A DNA stretch of 64,000 nt from Azolla caroliniana (lineage: Eukaryota; Plantae; Polypodiophyta). Position numbers and translations under genes: made by a program. Within the stretch, counting starts at the first letter, position 1. Every line of letters begins with the position of its first letter. The notes below the pieces were generated by a model. It was not told the origin of the DNA and made no database searches. It saw only the letters and a program-made list of their open reading frames with translations. Below, one piece after another: positions 50,097 to 62,449 of this stretch. The stretch is taken from assembly GCA_043228905.1 (NCBI GenBank), contig JBHGNT010000003.1, forward strand, positions 24,428,001 through 24,492,000, read 5' to 3'.

Positions 50097-53000
50097 TGTT
50101 GGTGACAAGGTCATCATTGTGGAAGAACAAACAACATTTGTGATGTTGAAGGACCTGTGTATGAGAATGAACAAGATACACACACACACAAAGAGAGAGA
50201 GATAGGCACAAAGAAACGTTTTATTTCTTAATAACAACAGTTACAAATGACAACCACCAACCTTTAGTAAAGGTTACAAAGTCACTTTATATAGTGACTA
50301 TCCTAGGGCAACTGCCCTTTATGCTATTTATAGAAATAGCCCAAACTTGGGCTGTCCAAAGGGACAGTGTGAATATGGCCATTATACACTCATATTCGAC
50401 ACTCCCCCGTAATGGGCGTATACATGGGTTATCTGAAATTACAGGTATATACAAGGTTTATTGGACAGATCGGTTTTGTTCGAGTCGGCAAGATCTGAAG
50501 ACAGAAGACCGAACCGGTCGGGTCGGAAGAGCTGAAGCCGATCCTCGAAGAACCGATGTCCGTTGTCCGAAACCATCCTGTGTTGTGTGTCCGACTTTGA
50601 TCGGACCGATTTTTCGTTATGCCCATCTGGTGCTGAAGGGACCGGAAGCGGTCTGTTGAAAGACACTTGGTCATTCCATCTGCGACATTATTGGTTGTGG
50701 ATATCTTCTCAAGACCGATTTTCCCTGAAATGACGCAGTCCCGAGCAAAGTGATATCGAACGTCGATATGCTTGGAGGCGTTGTGGTGAACCGGATTTTT
50801 TGACAAAGCAACAACACCCTGATTGTCACTGTAGACAACTGGAGCCGAGTCGAAGTCGACTTGTCGAAATGTGTGCGCCAGCCGACCAAGCCATAGAGCT
50901 TCTTTTGCCACGTCGGATGCAGCTACATATTCCGCTTCGGTCGTTGAGGTGGTTGTGCACTCCTAAAGTTTCGACTTCCACAAGATTGCTCCATTGCCGA
51001 ATTTGAAACAATATCCGATTGTTGATTTCCAACTGTCCACGCAGCCGGCGAAGTTTGAGTTGGTGTAACCGACTACGCCTGAGGTTGAGTTCGGGCCAAA
51101 AAGAATGCCGTGGTCTTTTGTGCCAGCTAGATATCTGAACACATGCTTGACTGCGTTCTAGTGTGATCGGCCTGGGTTATGCATGAATTTGTTGATGACT
51201 CCTACGGCGTGAGAAATATCAGGTCGTGTTGTGACCATCGCGTACATAAGGGAGCCGACTGGCGGTGCATACGGTACCGACTTCATATCTTCCCCCTCCG
51301 GACAGGATGTCGGGCAGTCTCGCTAAGACAGCCGAAGGTTAATGGGGAGCGGGGTCGAAGCAAACTTGGCCGAGTGCATGTTGAAGCGTTCCAAGACACG
51401 TCTGATGTAGTCGGTTTGAGACAAGAAGAGTTGTTGTTTATCGTGATGCCGATTGATCTTCATACCAAGTATGTGTCTTGCCGAACCGAGGTCCTTCGTG
51501 GCAAACTTCAACCACAGTTTCCAAACGAGTTCGGTGAGCTCTCCGGCATATCGGCCGGAGAGTAGCATGTCGTCCATGTAAATGATGAGGAAGACGGGTG
51601 ACCCATCTTGAGCTGTTTTGGTGAAGAGACAGTGGTCCTCATCGCTCTTGGAGAAGCCGACCGATTGGATGAAGTCGTCGAACTTCTTGTACCACTATCG
51701 GGGTGCTTGTTTCAGGCCGTATAAACTCTTCTTGAGTCGGCAGACTAGATGTTCTTGGCCAGATGCCACAAAGCCTTTCGGCTGTTCCATATAGATTTCC
51801 TCCTATAGGCCACTTTGGAGGAATGCCGTTTTTACCTCTAGCTGAATTAGCTCGAAGTTGTCGGCGGCCACGACGCCGAGCATGAAACGAAGGGTTGTCA
51901 TTTTCACCACTGGTGAAAAGATTTCGTAGAAGTCGACGCCATATTCTTGTCCAAATCCCTTCGCAACTAATCTGGCCTTGTACTTTGGGTTGGTCGAGTC
52001 GAACGTCTCTTTTAGTCGATAGACCCACTTACACGGAAGAGCACGTCAATTCTTCGGTAATTCGACCAAGTCCCAAGTCTTGTTTGCACGAATGGAGTGC
52101 ATTTTCGACTCCATCGCCAGATGCTAGGTGGCTAAGTTGGTAGATGTCGATGCTTCTTTGTAAGACGTTGGTTCGCCGGCATCGGTGAAGAAAATTCCGG
52201 GAGAGTACCTTTCTGGAGGTTGTGACAATCTCTCAGATCTTTGAGGTATGACTGGACTAGTCTCATCGGGTATAAATGTCGGATGGTCAGAAGCCGAGCC
52301 ATTCGGCTGTGCTGAATCGGTGGATTCAGGACAGGAGGTGTCGGTTACCCATGAAACCGATCTCGTATTGTGGGTTGGGCCTTCATGAAGGGTTGACACT
52401 TCGGAAAATATTACCCTTCGGACTTCAATAGGCCTTTCGACCGTTTTATGCATAGCCGACTCGTTGAACACGATGTCCGAACTTCAGACGATTTGTCTGT
52501 GCTCGAGGTCTTAGAGTCGGTATCCGATCTCGCCGTTGGGTCCATATCCAAGGAAAACGCATTTCCTTGATCTCGGTTTGAGTTTCCAGCGGTCATCATT
52601 CGGTATGAGGGTATACGCCTCGCAGCTGAAGATCCTCAGCTTGTCATAATTCGGCTTACTGATGGTCCATGTTTCCTGAGGTATTTTAAGTCCTAGAGGT
52701 CTACTTGGCGACATATTTATTATGTGTACTACCGTAAGTAGAGCCTCCACCTAGAAGCCATCTGACAATCCAGAGTGTTGGAGCATGGATACTATGCGTT
52801 CTTGAATCGTCTGATTCATGCGTTCAGTAATTCCGTTCTGCTCCGGACTATAGGGTGCCATATATTCACGTCGAATGTTGTGTTCCCGATAGAATTTGAC
52901 GAATTTGTCAAACTTGAATTCTCCTCCATTATCGGTTCGGAGACATTTTAGTTTTCGACCGGTCTGGTTTTCGACCATTGCAAGCCATTCGGAGAAGATC

Positions 53001-54668
53001 GGAAACACCCGATCTTTGGTTCTAATAGGGTAAGCCCACACCTTCCGAGTCGAGTCGTCAATAAAACTAACGAAGTACGAAGCACTGTCGAGAGACTGAT
53101 GTGGGGTCACAGACGTCCGAGTGGACCAAATCGAGGGGACTCGATTCTCTTGGTGCTGATGTCATGTGTGATACGGCTACCTGTTTGCAGTATTGGCAAT
53201 GCTCGTGATTCCAGAGTACTTAATGGCAGTTGTTGAAGCATTGCACACGGTTGTGACGAAAGTTCCCCAAGAAGAGGGGAGACTACTCATGAGTATCATT
53301 GCTCTGAGTTCATCCTCTATTGTCGTCCCATGAGACGATATTTGGGAGCTTATTATTTCGTACTTGTTGAGGTGTGCCTGAACCGAATCGGATTCTTTCA
53401 TCCGCAAGTTGTAGAGGCGCCAAATCAGATACATCTTTGTTGTGGGGACCTTCTTTTCATAAGTTTCCGAGAGTGTTTTCCAAAGTTCAAAACTGTCGAG
53501 CATGATTGCACTGTGAAGTACACTGACTCCGACAAGTGCATCCGGATCGTGGTGCAAAAGATTCTGTCCAGCTTTAGCCACTCGTTTGCCTTGTATGCTT
53601 TTGGAGGATTTTCATTCTCAATCGGGTCTATCTGACCCTTGACTATGAGATAGTCTTGCATTTGTTCCTTCCAGAAGTTGAAGTTAGAACCGTCAAACCT
53701 CCTTAGACTCATCTCCGATGAGCCGGATGTTGATGCCATCTAATTCGGTTTTGGTTGGTAAGACTCTGTTCGGAGTTCACTAGGAACCTTAGTGAGGTGC
53801 AGCCGGCCGGCTCACCCAATATCATTATAGTCGGTCTTGAACCCGAGTCGGTTTGGTTTCGGATACTTGTTTGTTGAACCTTCTTGGAGTGACTTCGGTT
53901 AGCTTCCGATTGTATGCCGAATACCGATCTCAAGAAACCGATTGTTTAGGCCGATTCTGCTTCGGATGACTGCATCGATGAGAGGGACGGATCCAACTGA
54001 TCCTCCCGAAGTCGATCAGAAGAATGAAGCACGAATTTGGTTGTTGCCTGGAGACCAATCTGCAACGGGTGGTTGAAACAAGCGGGTGAATAGCGTCCGG
54101 TTATCTATTCGGATGTTGTTTAACCAAATGAAGCACGATTGGGTCGGGTGTTGCACAAGGAGCTCACCTCAAGTGGTTACAATCACAGGAACAGAGTATA
54201 GCCGACTAGCTTACTCCAATTAGTGATTTAACACAGTGAGATGCAGACTTCTTGTTTGTCTTCTCTCTTCTTTGTTCTCCAAGAAAAATAGAAACAGAGT
54301 GTTGTGTGGTGTACTATGACAGCCAAAAACGGGTTGAAGAACCTCCAACGCTCTAATACCAAATGTTGGGAACAAGGTCGTTAGTGCGGAAGAACAAACA
54401 ACATTTGTGATGTTGAAGGACCTGTGTATGAGAATGAACAAGATACACACACACACAAAGAGAGAGAGATAGGCACAAAGAAACATTTTATTTCTTAATA
54501 GCAACAGTTACAAATGACAACCACCAACCTTTACTAAAGGTTACAAAGTCACTTTATATAATGACTATCCTAGGGCAACTGCCCTTTATGCTATTCACAG
54601 AAATAGCCCAAACTTGGGTTGTCCAAAGGGACAGTGTGAATACGGCCATTATACACTCGTATTCGACA
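50097..54668 (-). mobile_element. Decayed Ty1/copia element (LTRs 50097-50401 and 54364-54668, TSD CCTCA/CCTCG)
   Basis: 305-bp LTR pair; PBS TGGTATTAGAGC (54350-54361, minus strand); PPT beside 50401; gag, IN, RT and RH fragments; empty site CCCCTCGAGATG near 690. Confidence 0.93.
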
Positions 54669-56400
54669 CCTCGAAATGAACACCAGACGAGGAGGCATGA
54701 AAAGGTTGATGAGGAGCATGCCCTTCGGGCAGATATGACACACGGAGCGGGCTGAAGAGAGGCAACGGTGGTCCGACAAACCATAGGGGAAGGAAAAGGG
54801 AAAGTTTCCGAGCTTATGGCTGAGCTTGGAGATCGAGAAGTTGACAGACCTACGGAAGGTCTTAGAGGAGCGAATCCTCGACAACTGAGTGGAACTCTCG
54901 TTGAAGGAAGTCTTGGGCATCGCGAAGAAGGAGTTCCAAGACGCGAGCATCGACCTAGTGAAGAGAAAGCGACTGTTGATAGAGCCAGAGAACGAGAAAT
55001 CGGTCAAGGTAAAGGCAACGCTAATCGACAAAATGGCGGTGGAGGAAGAATTTGCCGATAGTCATTATATAAAGCCACATTGGGCAAAGGTGATGATGGA
55101 GACACCGGTTCGGATCGGAGACATGAAGGAGGCAGTCATAACGATGATCGACCATGAGTCAGAGATATTTAATCTAATGTTGATGGACCTCTATAAGAAG
55201 GGAAAGTGGCGGATCAACACCAAGCATGGATGGAAGATACACGTTGTGACCCGCGCCATTGAGGAACTACACGGGGAATCCTGAACGTCCTGGTGAATGT
55301 CGGTGATGTCGAGATCGACCAACACTTCTTTGTGCAAGAGTCGTCCTCTCACCCCATCATACTCGGTGAACCCTACATCACGATGGCCTGTATGAAAACA
55401 AAGGTGTTGGACAACGGTTCAACATATGCCAAGGTGAAGAGCCAAGACGACTAGTATTCTGTTCAGCTCCTAACGGTTAGGCCAAACCATGAGTGCAATT
55501 GGGACTCTTTGGGTGGGGATGTCCGAGAGGATTTTTGAAGAGGGCTATCCAGGTGTGGGGACGCGATAGTCTGGACGCCGATCAAAACCCCACACTTGTA
55601 CATTAGGTAGGAAGTTTTGGCTCTTTGACAATGGAGGTTGTACAATATCCGGCATTAGTGGCCAAGAAAAATGACAAGTCGAGAGACGCCTGAAGGTGTG
55701 AGGAGCCTTGGGACCGACAACACTATCAACGGTGATGTGGACACGGTCTCATTCAACGACACCCTCGGGGATGTTGAGAGGGTAGTTGAGGAAGGCCTGA
55801 GCGAAGACCAGATGATACTGGTCAACACAATCGACATGTATGAAGAGATAGCGGAGTTCGGATGGATGGTTAGGGCGGGTTGGACTGCCCACATGGACGC
55901 CAAGTACAAGACTGTGGACCGGAAGGTAAGGCCAGTCGCGGCACCCTTACCGGAGGACAACTAGGAACAGACCCAAGCTTGCAAGATCCGCACAACATAG
56001 GACACTGGTTCACCAAGGAAACGCTATGGAAGCTCAAGATTGGTGGAGGTGGCTTCCTACTACCCACGGAGGAGGGCTGGTTTCGAAGAAGGATCAAGGG
56101 TCACAGGAGGGCCTTTGCATTCTCGCTGGAGGAGATTGGGTGCGTTGACCCGATGGTGATATTCACGATACCGCATGTACCGTGGAACCTGAAGCCAATT
56201 CCGATGCCAAGAGCTCACATCTTGAAGCTGATGGAGCTGCTCAAGGAGATGGTGGATATGGGGATCCTCGAACCGTTGGGCGCCCCATATTTGAATCGGT
56301 GGTTCACGGTGCCGAAGAAGAACGACACACGACGCTTTATTCAGGACCTGCAACCCATCAACAAAGTGACAATTCGAAATGGAGGGTTCGGCTTGACCAT

Positions 56401-59400
56401 TGTCCATGTAATATAATATATACATTTTTTTATTTGCCTCTACATATAATGTATAATATTATCATAGTGTGTATTTAATATTATCTTTATAAAACATTAT
56501 CAAGATTTATTTTATTTTAGTTACGTATTTATCTTCTTGTAGACTTTTAATGTGAAGCTTTCCTACTTCACGACATCCACCCCCTCTAGACCTGCACATC
56601 CTCCGACATGTGCCACTATCTTTCATATTCATGCTGATGTATTGGAGGAGGTTCAAGGTGGAACCTTTTCTTAAAAACTTTTGACCTCTTTCCAAGTACC
56701 ACATTCTTTGGTATCGACTGATCACGAAGCTCTACTTTGTTCCTCTCATGATTCAGACGAATTGTGATAAACTGTATAGTTCTTCGTCCATCATGACTTC
56801 GAATCTTTGTATAGGCAGAACCATTGTCAAGGACTTTGGTCTCCATCCGTACTGTTGTGATGTATGTTTGCCCCAAGATTATTGGATAGGTAGATCCTTC
56901 CTACACAAAGAAATGTTGATCCACCTCTATATCACCAATAATAACCTTTACATTTGGGAATGCACCAAATAAATCTTCGGTGACTGATGTGGCAACTTTT
57001 ACTTGCCAACCATGTTGAGTATCAATTGGCCATCTACCTTTCTTGTAAAAATCAACACTCATTATATTTATTTCAGAACAATGATCAATAAGTGCCATCC
57101 ACGGGTCGAGAACATCATCAATCTTCACATGATGCTTAGTAATGGCTCTTGGCCAACATTTGTGAGAGTAGTGACTTCTTGCATCTGCTAAACTTATCAT
57201 TGAGTTTGATGCATGTTGAGAGTCAACAATGATATTATTTGATTCGTTGCACACCACTTCATATGCTACCTTCAGATTTGTCTCTCTAACCTTCTCATTT
57301 ACTTGCTTCTTTCTTCGCACAATATCAATTATTTTATCATGAAAGTCCTTTTTTACAATACCTAACACTTCTCTTAGTGTAAATTCTACTCGACTGTCTA
57401 GTATGCTTGTTTCTAAAATTTTCTTTCATTTTGTATGCTTTTCAATATCAGACATTAATTTGAATGAAGGACCAGATTTACCTTTTTCGACTTTTGCGTC
57501 CATCTCTTTTCTTTTGCTTTCTCTTGTTTCATGCTTTTTTGTCGAGCCAATCTCATCATCCGGCCTTTTCCTTTTTCCTTCCACTATCACCTCATGGTCT
57601 TGGTGTTCTGCCATCTGAGCATAGACTATCATAGCATCTACTGAAACATCCGATCTAGTGTTTTTCCTTACAGAATCCCTGGCAACACGAAGGTCTTCGA
57701 TCATTAGCTTTTGCTTTTGTGTGGAACTTACAACCTTCTCCCAGAATGATGATCGGTATGGCGTGTCATCGAGACATATTCCTGTCGTTGCCGAGTAGTA
57801 CATTGCAGAAGCCTTCTTTGCTTTAGCTTCTTCAAACTTAACCTTGACACCACCATCACCAAAGTTCTTTGTAAGTGGACTTCTAGTTTCATTTATGTAA
57901 ACGTTACCATTTTTCCAATAGACGAAGTCTCGATTTTCCATGTCTTTATATTCCGCACAATCACGTAATCGATGTTCGAGACTATCACACCACATGCATC
58001 GAGGTCTAAATGGTTCCCTTGACCTTGAAGTCTGACCATTCTCAAGCTTTGCCACTTTAATTGTTAAATCTTTTATACTTTGAACTAAATTATCAAGCAA
58101 AGCCTCATTCTTAGTTTCGATCATTTCTCGTAGTTGATGGACCATTTCGTCTGATGGTTCTCGACCAAGTCTTTGAACTTCGATGTTTTGCTCAAGCGAT
58201 TTGTGATTCCCACATGTGGTATTTGTTGCATTGCACCATTCCTTTGCATTCGTCTCATAAATTTATTACAAGCATTTGTTACCTTATTCCAATATGCAGC
58301 TATACCATCCTCGGTATTTGGTACTTCAAGCATAAATTCCAATTCTTTTCTATATCTCTTGTCAACTGCCTGCAAAAATAAAACAACCTTTTGCGAAGAC
58401 AAAGAATTTCTTTCTTCTTGCTTTAGGTGTCCATACAATCTATCAAACTCCTTTTTTGTGTCAACCACAAATAATCCTTTATCTTCTTTTAAGACCCATT
58501 CATGGAATGAACGCATAGTAATGCAAGAGAAATCTTCACGAGAATATCAGACACAAGTGCTTATTTGAATGCATTCCAATCTAAACTATGCAATGCTTGT
58601 ATTTCACGAATTCTATCTCTTAATTCCATGTCCAGTAATTTATAAAAGTTTGCTATCATATAGACATCATTCACACCAGACATTTCCATTTCATCATAAT
58701 ATATATTTACATACTTCAAAATTTTTGTGCCTTCAAACACACCAATCTTCTCTTGAACTTCTCGTAAGGCATGAAATAATTTATTTCGATTCAACTTTTC
58801 AATAAACAACCTTACCGGATCCATTGTGCTTTTACTTGCCATGTTGATTACTCTTCACTATCAATTGTCTTTTCTACTTCCTCGTTTCACGTCGGGTTCA
58901 CCGAATTGTGTCGTGGCGTGGCTCGCCTAGAAGCGTAGCATTGCGTAGACAGAAGATATCATGAAAGTGAGGAAGGAATCACTGGGATTATGGACGAAAG
59001 AGACGAAAAGAGTAGATATGTAGTAAACAAAGATCAACGAGATATGACAAGATAAGATGTAAAATGATATTTGAGGGAATGTAAGAAATTTATAATTATT
59101 TGACGAAAGAGTTACAAAACAGTTGTGAGTGTCATTGAACCTTTGGACTTTGTCTCTCAAAGTAGACCACAATCTTCGCTTCTATCGCTCTTCTCTTCTA
59201 TCTTTCGATGAGATAAGACTCGAACCTCCAGTCTTTTTGTTGAGAGTTGAGCACCACAAACGCCAAGCTAGCTCTTCTCTTGTCTTTCCTTTTTCTCTTG
59301 CTCTTTCTATCTTATGATATCTCTTATGTAATATAATTCTATTTGATTCTCTTGATATATCATACAATATAGTTCTTCGATTTCAATTCCTTTCATATCC

Positions 59401-59963
59401 TTGTGACTATACTCCCTTCTCCTTTTATAGGAAGGGGAGGGTTTTGCATGTGGGCCATACATCACACATGCAGAGAGGGCTCTTGCATGGTGCTATATGG
59501 TGCACATGTAGTACATTACATGGTTTAGATTATACATTATCAATTCAAATAATATAACATACATGGATATAAAAAGCATGGATATTGGGTAAATGGTAAG
59601 TTTTGAGACTTGTATGGTAGGTGTTGTTGGTTCAAGTCCTATCTTGCCAATCTAATATGGTTCTGTAGTACCATAAAACTATACAATACTACTTCAAAAA
59701 AAAACAACATATAGTTTTATATATATTACAAATATAGGGCAAATGGTAAGGTTTGAGAGTCATAAGGTGGGGGTTATTGGTTCTAGTTCTCTCTTGTCTA
59801 TGTAATATAATATATACATTTTTTTATTTGCCTATAATGTATAATATTATCATAGTGTGCATTTAATATTATCTTTATAAAACATTATCAAGATTTATTT
59901 TATTTTAGTTACGTATTTATCTTCTTGTAGACTTTTACTCTGAAGCTTTCCTACTTCACGACA
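56401..59963 (-). mobile_element. Non-autonomous gag-protease LTR element, copy C2 (5' LTR 58909-59963, partial 3' LTR 56401-56575)
   Basis: Trp PBS, gag from 58842 (MASKSTMDPV), CCHC (CMWCDSLEH..C), protease LIDHCSEINIM, then directly PPT; followed by CCGT at 59964-59967. Confidence 0.9.
58886..58903 (-). promoter_or_regulatory. Primer-binding site, tRNA-Trp
   Basis: Plus strand TTCACGTCGGGTTCACCG equals the tRNA-Trp 3' end (17/18). Confidence 0.85.
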
Positions 59964-60240
59964 CCGTACACATCGATACATGCTAGAACCCATCTCGTTA
60001 TCTACCATTCGAACCATTGCGTCCATGTGACTTAGCTCACATGCTTTGCGATGTGAGATGGGGCATTGGGGCACAAGTGATGACAATGGTCGACTATGCA
60101 CACTTTGACCTAAACAAGTTCGAGAGTCTGAGTATCACACTTTGATACAATGCTCTGCCTTTGATTATATTCGACCATGCTTTCCACATCTCTTTGACTG
60201 AGCACAATCCTTGCACGAATTTTTTCTCACAGACACAATG
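59964..60240 (+). mobile_element. LINE ORF2 C-terminal zinc-finger fragment, right half
   Basis: THRYMLEPISLSTIRTIASM*LSSHALRCEMGHWG..RLCTL*PKQVRESEYHTLIQCSAFDYIR. Confidence 0.78.
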
Positions 60241-60373
60241 TGCACTCTCAATTGCAACATTCATTGGTAAAGTTCTTGAACATCGAGAGTCGCTACTCAC
60301 TTTCACACGTATCACATGAAACGTAATATTTTTTGTCTCATAGGTCATATTTGACCTCCGAAAATGATAATAT

Positions 60374-60377
<4 letters not shown>

Positions 60378-60423
<46 letters not shown>

Positions 60424-60680
60424 GTATTAATCCTTTTGTCTCTAGTACTACTCCTGAGAGAGAGAGAGAGAGAGAGTCCATATAGATGTAGCTCAGTTGG
60501 TAAGGTTGCCCAATGAAGACTATGTGGTCATGGTTTCAACCCCTACAATCCACAATGGCACCTAGTGAAATAAGAAATATCTATGGAGTAATGAGGTTAG
60601 AAAATTGGGTTTCGAACCCAAGATTTAGTGCTAGTAGGTAAACGACTTGCCACTAGAGAGAGAGAGAGAGAGAGAGAGCA
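60378..60680. repeat. (CT)n/(GA)n-bounded MITE-like inverted structure with tRNA-like boxes
   Basis: (CT)n-CTAGT at left and ACTAG-(AG)n at right; internal TAGCTCAGTTGG..GGTTTCAACCC. Confidence 0.6.
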
Positions 60681-61064
60681 TGGAGAAGAATAAACAATGT
60701 TTTTTATGTATTTTTTTGCTTCGACATCTCTTTTCTTCATTCTTCAACACTTTTCGAAACTAGTTTCACGTCTCATTTGGTGATTGTTGCCAAACATTAC
60801 AAGTAAAATTGACGTTTGGTTGTATGCATTCACAATCGCTTGCTTTGTTTCCTTCTTCAACAAAATTATTTGTAAGTGAGAACTCTCATATTTTTTTCAT
60901 ATGGATGTGAGTGTTTTTATGCATATGGATGCATCTCTTAAATCCTTAAAGGATGCATGGATGGTTGAGTCAATAGTGAGTCAATAATGCATTGGAAGTG
61001 ATAGTAATGATATGTTTTATGCTAATGCAATGCAAGAAGTTGATTTGAGAGGGATGTTAATAAT

Positions 61065-61810
61065 TGTTAGGAAACAGGTCCCTCCGGATGGGAAGTGAGA
61101 AGAACAGTGTTGATGAGTGACCCGGCCGAGGCCGAATCCAGATGTGGAGTACCCGGCAACGGAAGACCCGGTGAGAACCAGATGTGGAGCACCCGACAAC
61201 GGAAGACCCGGTGAGAACCGGATGTGGAGTACCCGGCTACGGAAGACCCGGTGAGAACCGGATGTGGAGTACCCAACAACGGAAGGCCCAGTGAGAACCG
61301 GATGTGGCAGGCCCGGTGAGAACCTCTCATCGGATGGAAGGGAGATATATGTAAATATGTTCCAGAGAGCCCACTAGGGATTATATTTGTAAATAGCCCA
61401 AAAGTCATATTAGTATAAATATGACCTAGGGCAAACTTAATAGTGATGATGATAGAGTTATTTGTGTAACTCCTGTACAGTGCGTAAGAGAGAGAGAGAG
61501 AGAGAGTGTGTGTGAGAGAGAGAGAGCGACATACAGAGATTGTGTCTCTGTTGTAACCGCCGTGAGGCGAAGATTGTGAGCAAGAGGTCGTTGCCTCTGT
61601 GCTCCCTATTGTATTACTTTACATAGTGATAGTTTGGAGTTTGTGGACTCCTGTGGTTTTTCCCTCTCAGGGTTTTCCACGTTAATATCTTGTGTATTCT
61701 CTTTTGTTTGTTTGTGCACTTACCTCCATTCCCATTTCTTCTGTGTTCGATTGTATCAAGTGATTTACCCTTCAGTTGTTGCCAGAGATTATTCCACGTA
61801 TTCCTCGACA
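61065..61810 (+). mobile_element. Copia solo LTR related to the LTRs at 9038 and 19441, TSD ATAAT
   Basis: Shared start TGTTAGGAAACAGGTCCCTCCGGATGGGAAG; ends CGACA; ATAAT on both sides; 4-5 internal 40-bp repeats. Confidence 0.92.
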
Positions 61811-62449
61811 ATAATTGGGAACATTTATGATGCATGGCAAATATTGTAATGGAGGATTGTACTAGGGAGAATATAAAAGTTGTTGAGGAATTTTGTTGAT
61901 GATGAAGTTGTTAAGGTGGAAATAGACAACAAAGAGTTTTTGGGGGTCATTTCCTAATTTCTTTGACAAAGGTGTCATATTGTTTTACAAGGAAGATATA
62001 TTTTCTTTGGATGGTCAAGCAAAGGTTACATGGGGTTTTACAGGCTCATTGTGTTCAAGATGTTTATGATGGTCCTCATGGGTTTTATGAGGTTCTTTTG
62101 GTATCATGATAGCATAAAGAAAATTTATTCAATAACTTCCTAGTTTTTTATGAAAAAAGCTTGATTCATATTGTTCCTTGGAGGCCACTAGTGGAATACC
62201 AAGATATATTGATGCAAGAGTGCGTTGTAGTGGTTTGGCCAACCTTATGATCAACAATGGAAAAGTTGGGAAAGATCTTGGTACCTCCTAATGCCAATGC
62301 ACAAAATCGATATCAAACGTGTATTCTTTGGAATACAACGGCTAAGAGACCAAGTTGTTAGCAAATTGTCTTCTCTAGTATACCTCCTATGTATTTTAGG
62401 CTTAAATGAGGTACATTTGTGAGACACTGTTTCTGTGGTGTGTTAGGGC

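Larger units (their letters stand above)
36387..56400 (+). mobile_element. Gypsy element B, a duplicate of element A: 5' LTR about 36387-49075 split by element F, then gag-PR-RT start; truncated at 56400
   Basis: LTR end CCGCGACA at 49075, then degenerate Trp PBS TGGTGAATCTAACGTGAA (49080-49097); 49331-50096 plus 54669-56400 align to 1-2700; LTR start inferred from TGCCATGGAGGATT resembling TGTCGTGAAGAATT. Confidence 0.8.

Noticed and set aside
58886-58903. tRNA-Trp gene
   Set aside because: Only the 18-nt 3' end is present, next to an LTR, so it is a primer-binding site
6861-59963. A single 53-kb giant retrotransposon carrying PPR and GH135 cargo
   Set aside because: The outer LTRs and CCGT TSD match, but the interior holds a second 3' LTR and a duplicate of the outside flank (A/B). 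Post-insertion duplication is the simpler explanation.
61815-62400. Possible ancient gypsy remnant flanking the solo LTR
   Set aside because: No readable motif or boundary
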